Shown: positions 1 to 13,389, counted from the first letter of the whole stretch. The stretch: 62,846 nt of DNA, filler included, from Rhabdomonas costata (GCA_019059605.1; 31 parts of 31 records of this genome joined end to end with filler, not necessarily neighbours in it); one strand, 5' to 3'. Program-made: numbers and translations. The notes: a model not told the origin generated them from the letters alone.

Positions 1-21
1 GGGTTGGGGTTCGCGCGAAAC

Positions 22-1488
22 CTCCGCTGCAGTAGTAGCCCGCGCTGCAGTTCCCTGATGGCACGGACAGGCCTGCCTGCCCGCAAAACACCCCCGCAGG
101 ACAGGGCAGGCAGCCCTGAGAGCTCACCAGGCTCAGCGACAGCCCCAGAGTGCCCGCGGGGCAGGGCCACCGGTGTGGGAATTGGGTTCCTAAAAAGAGG
201 AGAACCCCCAACATCAAGGGTCAATTGATCAAAAATACATTAACCACATCATCGGTCGCCTCCCCCAGTTCGCACTTAATCCTTTTGTGCGCCCAAGTCA
301 GGTCTCTCTCTCACGCAGTTTACAGGTATTCTTTACAAGGAAGGCGGGCACGCTTCGTAAACCAATGAGAAGCGATGACGGAATGTTCCTTGGGAACATG
401 TCTCCATGTGATCTCACCGAGGATGGGAGACGGTGAGGACAAAAAGGAGGGGGAGGAGGACCGACGGCCTCGAGATACTGACGTCCACAACCTTGCCTGG
501 TACCGAATGAGAAGGGAATGTTTGCCGCAAAGCATATCCAAAAGACAAAAAGACAAAAAGAGGGTGGAGAGTAGTGAGGAAACGCTGAAGGGGGTGCGCA
601 ACGCCAACCAGCGAGAGGCAGCGTAAATCTGAAGACGGGACACATGTGAGGGGAAATGTCCACGGCGCAGAGCACGGATGCTCTGGAAGGAGGCTTTTCA
701 GCCAAGAATTTATAAGGGGCATGGGGGAACATACAAAGACATTGTAGTGCGGCAGGCCAATGCAGCCATGCAAGTGCAAAACCTGATGCAGACGGCATTC
801 ATCTTAGGTTAAGCAAGAAAGTGGATTCGAATCGGCTCAAATTATGGGTTCAATGATAAATGTCTTCGTTTGCAAACCAGCGGGACAGAAGAAGCCAAGT
901 GGGCAGCTGTGTGGGACAGTGTAGTTGAGGCCGTCGTTCAGGCAGTAGAAGCCCTGAGTTGCAGCAGAAAAAGAATACAAGTAACCCAGCACACACAGCA
1001 TCAGAAAAAAACTCAAGGAAGTCATTCCACAACCTGGCTCTTTGATCCGAACCCAACGGAAGCCAAATATTTTTGTAATGCGAAGACAGACTTTGAAGCA
1101 GATTTTAGAGCCGGATGTTTCGGAATTACGGATGCCCCACATGCCTCCCCTGTGACCTGTGACGGTCTCCCGTACTCTCGGGGACTCCTCTCTTCTCTGT
1201 ATCTGTACGGCTGTTGTGTGCGCCGGACTTTGAACACGGAACAATGTGTCGATATTGTCGCACATCTGTTTCACTCTTTAACTGTTGTAAAGCATGGGTT
1301 TGCGCAACTCTGGCTGGGAATTCCCATAAACAAGCAACAGAGCAGAGAAAATGTTTCGGCTACCAGAGCGGTTTGTGTATTGCAGAGCTTCTCAGTTAAG
1401 CCACACTGCTGTCATCACATCAAAACTCACCTGAGGACAGGGCTTGCATGACGCTTGCAGAGGTTGGTCCTGGTACGTCCCATTCTCA
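22..1488 (-). CDS. Cys-rich CPAGxYC-repeat (GCC2/GCC3-like) surface or secreted protein, internal fragment; exons 1488-1431, 953-878, 189-22
   Basis: Three GT-AG-bounded exons join in frame: ENGTYQDQPLQASCKPCPQ|GFYCLNDGLNYTVPHSCPLGFFCPAG|TQFPHRWPCPAGTLGLSLSLVSSQGCLPCPAGVFCGQAGLSVPSGNCSAGYYCSG. Confidence 0.85.
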
Positions 1489-1932
1489 CTGAGGAAGCGG
1501 AGAAGGAAGAAAAGCGGAGAAGGAAGCGGAGCAGAAAAAGAAAAAGAAAAGCATCTGAAGTGGAAGTCGAAGGCCATGAAGACAGCCAACTCAGACGAGA
1601 ATGAAAGCTCAGGTGCCCACTGAGGTTAACGTGGGTGAACCACTTCCCGACGAACAGTGCCATTAAGAATGGAAAGAACTTTGAGTTCCAGTGCAAGGGG
1701 AAAGGAGGTGAATGGTATGCAAAAACCATCATGGTTGAGAGAAATCACAAACAAATGTGGCAAAAACAGTGGACCATAGAGAAAAGCAATGTATTTTGGC
1801 CGAGATGAGAAAAAAAACTAGCCCTACAAAACATGGAAGTCACTGCAGCGACTACCACCACGCAATCCAATATGACTGAAATTTGCCAAAGAAAGCGCAA
1901 ATGCCTCTTGGAATTTGATTAGCTCCCAAAAA

Positions 1933-2032
1933 NNNNNNNNNNNNNNNNNNNNNNNNNNNNNNNNNNNNNNNNNNNNTTAATTAATTAANNNNNNNNNNNN
2001 NNNNNNNNNNNNNNNNNNNNNNNNNNNNNNNN
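1933..2032. other. Artificial contig spacer (N-run, TTAATTAATTAA, N-run); first of 30, recurring about every 2.03 kb
   Basis: The same six-frame-stop linker flanked by Ns separates every contig. Confidence 0.99.
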
Positions 2033-5000
2033 GTTTGTGTTGTTAAACGGCGTATTACAAAATTGTACATTTTATATCGGGGTACAATTCTTCTCGGTTT
2101 TTATGGTGTGTTAGAGGCTGACTTTGATGAATTTGCCCAGCAAGGGCGGTGAACGGTTCCCAGGTGTTGCCTAACCAAAAGGGACAGAGACAGAGAAGGC
2201 CAGTGCCGCGGCCGCGGAGGCGAGCCCTCGGTGCCGCCGGAGCGGTTGGCTGAGGCTGGAACGTTGCCTGGGGGGCCTAGGGGAGTTTTTATAGTAATGC
2301 GCCGCAAAAGCGATCTCCCCACATCCTTCTGGTGGCCGAGCCTACCAGCATAATTTGGAACCTTATCGTTTAACGTCGTTAAACCGCTTAACCGTCCTAC
2401 CTAAAAATGCATCGGACCCGCAATGTTGAATAGAAGTGCAACACGCCAACGTTGACATAGGGTGGGGTGGGGTGGGGAAGTGTTCAAACTATTTTGATAT
2501 ATGCTGACGTAAGTGTCTATGGGTGGGGGTTTCGCTCGATATCAGTGTTATCCGCTCCTCCCTCTTTCTGGCTGCAAGATGTGCGTGCTTGTTACCTCTG
2601 CGCTCCTGCACAGAAGTTCGAGGGTGGCGCCTTCTCCAGCGCCGCGGCAGACGTATGTCCTTCACGGGAAGCGACAGTGTCACCACAACCAACTCATCAA
2701 AGCTCTCCTCAGGTGGTGTGTGAGTGTGTCCTCCCACTTGCGTTCCATCGTCCTTGGCCTTCTCGGTTGCGATACCAGAACGTTTTTTACATTCGGAATT
2801 CATTCCAGCAGGTTGGGACCCCCCCCGTCACTGAGGGATTATCTTTCCTCTCCTCGTCGTCTTTCGTTACGGGCATTGCTTTTGCTTGACTCACAACTTC
2901 TGCTGCCCGAGCTTTTTTTTCAAAAGAAATTTTGACCTCCGTCCCTTCCAAAGAAACCACAAAATACATCTTTTGCTATAGCTTTCCAGGTTTGCCTTCT
3001 AGGGCTCCTTCACTGTTATAGTCTTGTCTTCAGAAATTGGAGTGGCCTCGAAAAATGCCCGGGGAGGTGAACTTTGACCATCCATTTGTAATTTGGTGCT
3101 ACTTTCCAGGTGTGAACCACTAATTCTCTGTGCAGAACTGAGCGCTCTTCAGAGGTTCCTTCTCTTCAAGTCGACTTCGTTTTCCCCCCGATTTTGGCTT
3201 TTGCAGGCCGTACCTGAGGGCCGCTTGCGGCTGAGATCTGTGTCGCTGCCCCCAGACAGTGACGTGACAATGCTGCAGGACGTGCAGCCCCCGGTCCCTG
3301 AGCCAGACTTTGTGGTCTGTGTGCCAATCCACACACACGCACACGCAGACGTGCTGTTTCCTTCTATGTTCGCACAGAAGCACTGCTGGAGCTTTGCTTT
3401 TTACCAACCTCACACAAGCTTATTCCGCTCCCCTCATCTAGTATGAACAGCCCGCTACTGATGTGAGCAGCCCTGGATGGAGGATTACCGAACGTGAAAT
3501 GCGCCGCCCCAAAAACTATAGTTGCTTGTGTCCGCCGTTGGAGTGCAGTCTCTCTTGGAGGGAGTGGTTTCGTATCAGCACAGGCGGAGGACACGTAGAC
3601 TGTTTGTTTTCTGGGATTTTACAGGCCGGCATTAACTGGTCCTTCACTCAGTTGTTCTTATGATTTCCCCCTCGCATTGCTTCTTTCCTCCAAAAAGGTT
3701 CCCCGGCCTGAGAATGTCTCCAGCTCCCCTTTTGCTGCTGACGTACCGGTGGACTTGGGTGAGATGCTGCCAGGAGAAATGGCCGCCGTGGTGGAGGACC
3801 CTTCATTTGATAGGTCCGGAAATTCCTTCTGTTGGGGGGAGACGCGGAATGAGCGCATTTTTTTTCACAGAGTGATGTTATGGGTTTTTTGGCAGCGCCT
3901 TTGCCTTTTTACTTGTCCCTGTCATCCCCCTCCCCCCATTTTCTGAGTTTCCGGGTGTTACTTNNNNNNNNNNNNNNNNNNNNNNNNNNNNNNNNNNNNN
4001 NNNNNNNTTAATTAATTAANNNNNNNNNNNNNNNNNNNNNNNNNNNNNNNNNNNNNNNNNNNNGGGGGGGTTGGGTTTCGCAAGGTGTGACGTGAAATCT
4101 GGCCTCGAAATTGACCCTCGGGGTGAGCGCCCGTCATTAACGACGCTTTGGTGGTCTTCGGGTGTTCGGGTGGGGGGGGATGTCCCCAAAAATAACCTCC
4201 CCCGCCAGTGTAAGCACTTTTTGTTGAAGGCCGATGTGCATCACCTGAATAGGTACATAGGTGATTCAGCCAGACCACTGGAGATTACCAGGAAACCCAT
4301 TCCTTTTGTTGATATTCAGAGCGTCTACCCCTCTAACCTCCTCCCTCCGTTTCACGAGCCTTCGTATTTCGTGTGTCTATCTCCCTTCGCCATGTGATGT
4401 TGCCTGCGCAGGCCATGGCTCCGCCGCGCTCGGCAAGAGACCTGCCTTCTGCCCGCAGTCCTGCCGAGGTGAGTGCTGTGCAGCACAAACCAGAAAGCGT
4501 CTTTGATTTGGGCCCTTTTACCTAACGCGTATGTTTCCAAAGGAAAGGGGAAACCGGGTTGCCCCCACGCAGAAAAGCTGGAGCTGCACCTCTTCCGCTA
4601 TGCACCTTTTGTCAGGTGGATGTTCCTATATTTGAGTTTGGCTCCCCAGTCATGGCTTTTTTGTTCTGACTTAGGGACTGCAACGTCTCTTTGTTCGCGT
4701 TCGTTCGCGTGTATCTTCCATGAAAAAAGAACCGGAGAAACGGAGAAGCAATTCACAGGTGAAGGATAGCGTGAATGAAAAGAGAAGAAGCTGCCCCCAA
4801 CGCAAAACGCACGCAGCCTATGGGTTCTCGCACGGAAGGTCCCTGTTGGCACTGTTGTCAGAGGTGGGGTGCTGGCTCAGCCCGCCGCCTGCCCGTACGC
4901 GTCCCAGGGTTATGTTCAGAAAAAGCGCGAAAGAAACGCCGCAAAAGGTTCTTTGCCTTCAAAAACTGTGACCAATTTGTCTTTAACTGTGGGGAAAACT

Positions 5001-5371
5001 GGGAGACAGGGATGAAGTGATTTGGAAGTGCCTGTCTGTTTGGAACGGGACAGCCGCTTCACTCCTGTGAACCAGGGCATTATTCTGCGATACCGTCATG
5101 TCTTTGTTTCTTATTGGGGCCTGGAATTCAGGAATCGTGTGAGAATGGGGGTTGATGATAAGTGCCGTATGAATAACATATATTTCAGATATATTTCAGA
5201 TAAGGTGAGCTGAACTTAGTTACTTTGGATCTATAAGAACCAATCATGCTGACATCGTTTACAATGGGTGACCTTTTTTGCCATCCCTAAAACCCCTGTA
5301 AGTCCAAATGGTCGCTGTTTGGTGCCACTGTTCCACTTTTCCGGTTTAAGGAGGCATGGGCAATCTATTTT

Positions 5372-5389
5372 TAGTAGTAGTAGTAGTAG
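5372..5389 (+). repeat. (TAG)6 microsatellite abutting the putative Merlin end
   Basis: tagtagtagtagtagtag read directly. Confidence 0.9.
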
Positions 5390-5994
5390 GCATTACTTCG
5401 GCAGTGTACCCAGAAAATAGGGTAGGTTCCCCCGCCCCCTAGGAAGGCTTCCTAACCCCATTAAACGCATCCTGAAGGCTCCTATGGGTGGTAGGCATGG
5501 CTCCCTAACCCCCTGCAAGACGAATACGAAGTCCATCTACTGGAGATAACCGTCACGAATATGTTCACACAGCTTCACAAAAAGGTCAGCGTTGCCCATA
5601 TTGTTACGCCACTGGAACTCCTTCACGCACCCCAGAACGTGGTAAGTATTTGCACCACCTTTGGCCGCCAGCCACACTTTTAGTCGTCCCCAAGCACCAT
5701 CAATGCCCTGGGTGCTCACAGTGCGCATCTTGCCACGCAATTTTTCCGTGTGGATGATTCCTTAGAATTCAGCTTAGAGCCCTCCAAAAGACCAGAAGAG
5801 GCAGCCGACACCCTCCTCCGGCAATCATTGGAAGTACATCGGGAGCCAGGCTTACCTCTGTGCTCTGTAGGCTTCATGGCGGCCCCACAGCTAGGACATT
5901 CATCCACTGCACCCATAATCTTGTACTTTACCATCCATTTTCTAAGTTTTCCTTCGTCACTGGCAATTTCCAACACGTCGTAATGCGACAACAT
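5389..5994 (-). mobile_element. Merlin (IS1016/IS1595-related) DNA transposon, internally deleted and non-autonomous
   Basis: The N-terminal Zn-ribbon (CPSCGAAM...RCTSNDCRRRVS...LEGSKL) is joined out of frame near 5755 to the C-terminal motifs STQGIDGAWGRLK...EFQWRNN...DLF. The region carrying the first two catalytic Asp residues is absent. Candidate element end GGCATTACTTCGG at 5389. Confidence 0.8.
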
Positions 5995-6739
5995 CNNNNN
6001 NNNNNNNNNNNNNNNNNNNNNNNNNNNNNNNNNNNNNNNTTAATTAATTAANNNNNNNNNNNNNNNNNNNNNNNNNNNNNNNNNNNNNNNNNNNNAAATG
6101 GCCAGCCCATCATTGGGTGACCTGTCCCTCCGGATCGCTTTGTTCATCTTTCGTTGCCGCCAGTTCTGACCTAAAGGGCGAGAAAGTACCCTTGCTGAGC
6201 GCGCCCGACAGATTACACCCAGAACAGCGGGTGCAGGTGGTGGGGGTAGTAGAGCGCGTTGAGCGCGAGCTTCTAACCCGTTTGATTTGGAAAGAGAGGG
6301 GGAACCCGTCGAAGACGGGTCGGAGACTCTATCCATTCCACCGGAGGGTATCAAGCGGCACTGCAAAGAGTGGACGCATCCAACAAGCGAGCGCAACTAA
6401 ACGCACCCAGCACTGGTCGCGATGTTAAAAGGCAGCTCGATAAGTTGCGCAAATGGCGGTTTTAATGATGTGGTGAATGTCGGTGTTGCTCTCTGCCCGA
6501 CACAGAAATTCGCCCACAGTATGTAGAAAGGCACTTAATTTGTTGACAACCTTGACGTATCTTTCCCCGGTGCATGCGTGTGTATCAAATTCACTGCAAC
6601 AACATCTAGGACCACACGATCTCGCCTGCATAGCCCGACGCCTTTGCACCCTAGTCTTGAACGCATATCTTTGCTCACGACCCTATATGATGCATCCCCT
6701 CACCTTTTTTACTGACTTGCTTTTTTAAATGGTGTGCAG

Positions 6740-7704
6740 GTACCACCCTGATAAGAACCCCAACGATCGGGTCGCAGCCGAGCAGAAATTCAAAGAAGTT
6801 GCAAAGGTACTCGTCAGATTTTCCTACCCATTGAGAATGTTGTTTTAGCGTGAGCGGCTTTCTTGACTTTCTTGAATATGTTTTTTGTTTGTATTTTTCT
6901 CGAACGCGAAAACTATTTGGCTCATTTTTTTGCATTTTTTTGCGGTAATTTTCCCTCGCAAATTTTTTTGCCTTATTCCGACCAACTGTGAACAAGCTGT
7001 GAGCTCTGTTGCTCCATTTGCAGACTCTTTTCGCCCGGTATTTTTCCACAGGCCTATGAGATTCTGGGCAATCCGAAAACAAGAGAGGTCTATGACATGT
7101 ATGGCGAGAAGATGGCGTCATCAGTGGATCCTTCTGCGGATCACTCTGGTTTTGCACCCCCCGGGTATTCCGCAGGATATTACCCCGACTTCTTCCCGGA
7201 GGGTCCACCAGCGTACACCACCTTTCCTGGAGCTGGGGGCCCGTTTTTCGACCCCTTTGAGGAGACTATCTTCGAGACCTTCTTCGGCAACCCCGGTGGA
7301 GGGTTTGAGGGGTTTTCCCAAGGCAGCCCGTTTTCGCGAAGGAAGCCGTTGCCCCTGTCCGTAGACCTGGAGTGCACTCTGGAGGACCTTTACCTAGGCC
7401 GAACAAAGCACGTACGGGTTCTGCGGCGACGGTTTCGCGGGGGCTGGGCAGGGGCGATGGAGGCGGTGGAGGAGGCCAAGGACCTGGACATCGCCCTGAA
7501 GCCTGGGTGGAAAAATGGCACCATTTTGACCTTTGAAGGGGATGGGGACCAGCTTCCCGGGTGGAGCGCCGTGGGGGACCTCGTGGTCACTGTCCGGGAG
7601 CTACCCCACCCGGTGTACACCAGGGACGGGGATGATCTGGCGGCCACGGTGTGGCTGGGGTGGTTCTCGCGGAGCCATGCAGTGATGCTTCCCTTCCTTG
7701 ATGG
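6740..7704 (+). CDS. Class B DnaJ/Hsp40 co-chaperone, partial; exons 6740-6806 and 7052-~7704
   Basis: YHPDKNP...AEQKFKEVAK|AYEILGNPKTREVYDMYGE (J-domain HPD motif), then a G/F-rich linker and CTD motifs LECTLEDLYLG, KPGWKNGT, GDL...ELPHPVYTRDGDDL. No Zn finger. Intron 6807-7051 is GT-AG. Confidence 0.93.
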
Positions 7705-8565
7705 GTATTCCCTTTGGGTTTTTTCGTTGGATTTTGCCTGACTCATCCTTTTTCAATATGTATATGCAAAAGAATCGTGTGGAATGTCGAAAAGCATGGC
7801 GCAACCAACAAATTAAAGGGTCCGAAAAACAATGCACGAGCTTCGAGTTTCAGCTCGAGCCTTTTATACACACCTTTTATTATGAATTTAAGGTTTATGG
7901 TAACGACAAAAACACGTCAATGTGAACATCCGAAAATTCAGGCACGGCACATGCGCAGAGTCATCGCTTGCATGAGACTGACTGAGACCTGGATTCCGAC
8001 TGATCCGGCAATATAAAAACAAAANNNNNNNNNNNNNNNNNNNNNNNNNNNNNNNNNNNNNNNNNNNNTTAATTAATTAANNNNNNNNNNNNNNNNNNNN
8101 NNNNNNNNNNNNNNNNNNNNNNNNCGTGTGCATTCATGTGAAGCGAGCGAGAGAAACTGAAAGTGAGTATAAAAATGCATTTTTGGGGGGCTGACGTCTC
8201 GATCCTGTCTTGGTGTTCCCTTGCTATCTGGGCTTTGCCTACGTATTTGCCCGCGATTCGCCTGACGGTGTGACTCCCTCACTTTCTCCCGGGCGCCAGC
8301 AAATACCATCTGAGCGGAATCTACTATACTGCTTGGTGTGATGGCGGGTTTAGCCAGTTGGTTGAGGGGGAACTGTCCCAGTCCTCAGTTAATCTCCTGT
8401 CTTCTGGTCTTGTGAGCAAATTTCAGCTGGCCGAGTGCATACGCCCATCAACAGCTTCTGTCAGACTGTGGCCACTGTGGCTTCGTCGGGTCTTTGGAGA
8501 CTGCTGCTTCGTGGAACCTTCGCTCCCGAATGGTCTGTCGCCCGGTGTCTGTTAGGAGGTACAAC

Positions 8566-9311
8566 CTTCAAGGTCTCACGGTTGAGGTCCAGCCGGGCCA
8601 TCCCGACATGCACCCCAACTCGCACCCTCATCCCCCTCCACAGGGTGCAGCCCGTGGCGGGACTGCACTCCTCCGCGCAGTCCGGGCGGACCAGCATCGA
8701 CGCCGGCCACGGCGCCAGCAGCATCTCATGCTGCAGGTGCACCGCGAAGCGCATCGCGTTGTCGGTGTCCGCAAAGGCAATGAAGAAGCTGTCCCCGATG
8801 GTCTTCACCTCATATCCATCTAAGGAGGACGCAGAGGCCCACAACATGCAGGGGCATTCCGCAGAACAGGTTCATCTATGCACCAGAACCATCTGCTCCC
8901 AACTTTGCCCAAAAGGCCAGCTACAGCATCCCACTGGACCTGACAGCTACACCATCCCGCTCTACCAGTCTCTCCAGGATGCAAACCTTGAACCTCACAG
9001 GCCAACGTCCTGCTGCCCGAAGGAAAAGCAATTCCAAAACCACGCTACTGAGCGAGAAGGTGATGGACGATATCCAACACTTGCTCGAGCGTCCCTGTCC
9101 ATGCGTGCACACTTCCGACGACCACCTTCCACTTAGCTTCTCTCTGCGCCAAAACCCATCTTAAAAAGTGCGAATGAGAGTGGCACTTATCACCGAAGAT
9201 CTTGATCAGCTCCCGGATCACATGGTCGTGCACATCGAGAGCCTCGGGCATTTCGGGGAAGGTCTCCCACAGGTGGGTGGAGCTCTGGATGTCCGTGAAC
9301 ACGTAGGCCAC
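8566..9311 (-). CDS. Class III adenylate cyclase catalytic domain (trypanosomatid receptor-AC type), partial; exons 9311-9194 and 8819-8566
   Basis: VAYVFTDIQSSTHLWE...ALDVHDHVIR...F-D-GYEVKTIGDSFFIAF...GMRVRVGVHVG. A phase-1 GT-AG intron joins the exons in frame. Confidence 0.92.
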
Positions 9312-10910
9312 CTGCAAGCCAGTCAAAGCATTGGGCAGGCCGGGCCAGGGCAGGCATGCTCTTCACACGAAGGCAGCACAAGCGAACTTTTGCACGTGTT
9401 CAGGGCCACACTGGCAGAGTTTAGGCTGGTTTTGTGATCTTGGTATCCTTCTTGCCACCTTTCCATAAAACCAAATAAATGTGTCGAAGGTGGTTGTCAG
9501 TGGTTGCTGGAAGTTTACTCAAACGCAGGTGAAAATGAACAGAATAGTCGGAAGGAATAGGAAGCACTAATTCCGCGATTGGGAGGATGCAGAGATCTGA
9601 CATTCCAATTGGAAGACAACAAAAGGCTTTTGTGGTCATGGACACGAAGGGCCATGTCTTTCACCTGCACAATCCGATGTCATACGTCAACGAAGGTAGG
9701 TGCCTGGAAAAGTCCTCTCATGGTATTACGTCATTTTCCCGCATCGTGGCAAGCTTTTGAAATAACGTTGACGCTTGCGAACATTTTTTTTGAAGCCAGT
9801 CGGTTCAAAACATTCTTGAACCTTCCATGGGAACCGAACCTCCGGCAGGCCGGACCCCGAATTTTTATACAATTTTTTAATTTTCTGAAACAATTCTGTA
9901 CCAAAACCCGGGACTCAAATTCTTTCAGTTTTTTCACAGCTGCAAAAAAAAGGAATCCCGGGATTAGGAGTAGGGGGGGGTCCACTTTTCCAATGTCCCA
10001 AATCATCATAGTGGTATATAAACCCAGGAAACCCAACCCCAAACACACTAAACACANNNNNNNNNNNNNNNNNNNNNNNNNNNNNNNNNNNNNNNNNNNN
10101 TTAATTAATTAANNNNNNNNNNNNNNNNNNNNNNNNNNNNNNNNNNNNNNNNNNNNGTGGGGTGGTGTGCGTTAAATCCAGCAGCAGCAGCCTCAATGGA
10201 GCACCTCAGCGCTCCACCCCACCTCCACCCCGAGGAAATGTGGAAGGTGCTGCGGTGGCGAGCGATAGGATGTCGCAGTGCTGTTTGGAGTTTCAGGGCT
10301 TCGGTCTCCACTGTCTCTTGCACTTGTTTTGTTCTCTGCGATGACGCTGGTACCAGCTTGAAGCGGGGTAAACCCTGCGATTCTTGTGCCAGCCCAGTAT
10401 TGCAGCCAGCACTGTGACCGGCATTCTTCTTGAGACGAAAACCACCGGATTCTTCTTGGCGCTCCCCGCTTTCTCCTCTTCTAACGTCAATGGCCTCCTG
10501 CTGTTCTTGTCTTGTTTGACCCGCTGTGGCTTGTCCAGCAGCTCATTAATGCTCATCTCCTAACTTGTAAAGAGGCCGTGATCTGTTCCGCTATCAGATG
10601 TTTGTAGCTACTCTCTGTCCGAAACGTCGCTTTCTTGATCTCTTGAGCAAATTAAAAGCTTCCACTTTGTTTGTAGATATTTTGGTCCGTCAGAGGAACG
10701 TGGTCGTTGCCGATTTGCTGTGAAAGAGTGGATTGGCGGGTGGAGCTTCGTCTGCAAATGCCAACACAACCTTGCGAAGTAATTTCGTGATTTTATTGAC
10801 AGGTTTTCTGCTTCTTCCTTTTATCCATTCCCTTTGGCGCCCGGGTGAGTACCCTCTCATTGCCTCGGCGCTGGTCCGCACATTCGGTGTCTCTGCTTCT
10901 TGACTCCAAA

Positions 10911-11476
10911 ATGCAGCTGCGTTCCCTTCAGCTGCTGCTGTTGGTTGCAAGCGCATTGGCGGCAACCACTCCCACGGGTATGCATATTCCCTTGCGGCTT
11001 TGCTTGTTTTTGTTATTTCTCTTTTTTTATCTTTCGCTGATCAATCTTTGCACTGGAAATTGTGGTGTGTGGGTCATTCAATGTTTTTCTCATCCCTGTT
11101 CTCTTCTTTGACTCAGAGACAGTTGTGTTTGCTCTGTTGATAGGATGATTGGACATGTCTCCCCACCCCCCCTTAACCTCACCCTTCAGGCCTGCTTCGT
11201 TGCCGGAGGTTAGTTTAACTGGATACTGGCCGCCCCAGTTTTGAGAGCTCTTGATCTTTGCTTGCTTGCTATACGCTTCGCCCTTGTTTTTCTCCCGCAG
11301 GGTGGCCGGCGCAGGCCTACCAGTCCCCCTCTGGCTTTGACACCTACCAGCTAGGCGTGTGGAGCATGATCATGCTGATTATCGCGGGGGCCTTCGCCGT
11401 GAAGGCCGTTGCCACGATTGACTACTCCGGTGACACCCTGCTGCTGGTCACCGAGGGCCACAAGGACCATGAGTAA
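10911..11476 (+). CDS. Complete 80-aa signal-peptide plus single-TM protein resembling the ATP6AP2/renin-receptor C-terminal (V-ATPase accessory) module; exons 10911-10977 and 11301-11476
   Basis: MQLRSLQLLLLVASALAATTPTG|WPAQAYQSPSGFDTYQLGVWSMIMLIIAGAFAVKAVATIDYSGDTLLLVTEGHKDHE*. The spliced length is 243 nt with a GTATG...CAG intron. The YQ..VW-TM-IDYSGDTLL pattern resembles the ATP6AP2 tail. Confidence 0.7.
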
Positions 11477-11947
11477 CGTGCCACTTCTGTGAGAACCGTT
11501 CGCGTAGACAGAGCGAAGGTGAATACAGGGAGAGCTAGGAGGTTTCCTGTGGTGTACTTTCCCTCTTTCTTTTCTTGGTTTCTCGGGGACCTCCTTTGCT
11601 CTGCCTTGTTTCCTGCGAGTATATCCGTTCCGCTTGCTCTGCACTGCTCTCTGCTTCTTTGTGATAGGGTGGGATCGGGCTACTCCTTCGTCAAACCATT
11701 GCTCTTTTACTCTTTTGGTGCCTGGACAAATGTTGTGAAAGTTTCCTCCCTGGATCTGAGAAAGCAGTGTGTGACGCCGTATCCGTGGGTCTGAAATTAG
11801 TTCTGGAGGCTTAGGACCAATGCCCACGCACTTTTTGATGTTGCCAACTGAGGAACACACGTTTACCCAACGCAAATCTGCATCGGGCAGAACACGCACA
11901 CTCGCACGGCACACACAAAAAACTCAATTAGAGTAGGACCTGCGACC

Positions 11948-12084
11948 CACCTGTTGGCACCATAGCGAAATTGTTCCATGTCAGAGCTGTAAAAATCCCC
12001 TCTCCTACCACAATGGGTGAGATAACTGCCACCTGTTGGCACCATAGCGAAATTGTTCCATGTCAGAGCTGTAAAAATCCCCCC
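11948..12084 (+). repeat. Direct repeat with 82-bp period, about 1.7 copies, cut by the contig end
   Basis: ctgttggcaccatagcgaaattgttccatgtcagagctgtaaaaatcccc occurs identically at 11951 and 12033. Confidence 0.9.
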
Positions 12085-13389
12085 CACANNNNNNNNNNNN
12101 NNNNNNNNNNNNNNNNNNNNNNNNNNNNNNNNTTAATTAATTAANNNNNNNNNNNNNNNNNNNNNNNNNNNNNNNNNNNNNNNNNNNNTTTTGGGGGTGT
12201 GTTTGGGGGTTTTGGTTCAATGAAAATGGATTCACATTGTTTTGCTGTTGGTTATCGGCATTTTCTGGGAGTTCCAGCCAGCCGTTGCTTCGGGGTCAGG
12301 GGTGAAGACCCGAAAATATGATCCTATCCAGGAGGAAAAATGACTCTCCAAAGCTCTTGTCAGCCCTCCACCGTTTTATATACTCCCAGATATAGCAGGC
12401 TACACCGTAAATCAAGAGTTTACACCCTTGAATATTCACGAAGAGGCAGCATATGCTATCCAAGCCCAGCGGCATAAAAACACGCCAACTTCAGTTCGAA
12501 ACGTTACGGATTAAGTTTTCGATTTCGGGGTAACTAGGCTTATATGATGCCGAACAATTTTCCTGGGGTTTGCCTGTGCGCTGGCCCAGTTTGGGGACTA
12601 CCCTCCTGTTACGCCCAATTTAAGCACATTGTCCCTCTTTCACCTGGACGGGAAATGGGTAGCGATGCCCGGTGAGTAATTCGATCGCATGGATTAGAGG
12701 GGTTCGTTACGATGGTACTTGTCCCTGGATATTTACTTTGGGGAGGGGTCTGGGGAAAATTTTTCTGAAGGACCGGCTTCAAAGTAGGCCGTTTGTGGCG
12801 CCGTTGTATACCCTTGTCACAACTCGCCAGATGGAGGAACTTGCTATGAAGGCACTGTTGTTCACCCCCTTCTGGTTCTCTACGTTGGCCACCTCTCGCA
12901 CTGCTCCTGAGTCCAGCTAACACGAGTAAAGCGACTAAGACTGTAACGTGTACACTTCCGTGCACTCCGACGAACAGCTCCACCGCATCCGGTGCAGAAT
13001 CCGAGAAACCTTGTCTCTGCTACCTTGCTCACCCCAGCTCACGCGCAGCATACGACGGAATTCCCGGGAAGTAAAGTACCTCCTGCAATTTTGCCCTGCA
13101 GTGCCCGGTTTGGCTTACCATTAGGCCCACTCCAAGACGGGCGCAAAAGTTCGGACAGTGTCTGATTTTCAGGAGGAAAGGGTTGAATGTTATTCGGACA
13201 AAGTCCAACCTTTTAAAAGCGTTCAGTCTTCTACTTCTATGAAAAGTCTTTTGCCATGTGTTTGCTCATGCAGACTTTCTCATAGATAGATAATGCCCAT
13301 GCTTCTGCGAAGGTAATCCCGATTTTCGGGTTAGCTCTCGTCTTCCGTCCTGTTCAGCAGAGGAGCTCTCTTCCCTCTTTTTCAAGTCC

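Noticed and set aside
11948-12084. CRISPR-like repeat-spacer-repeat
   Set aside because: There are only two copies of a repeat over 50 bp, truncated by the contig end, in a eukaryotic context with no cas genes. A tandem duplication explains it.
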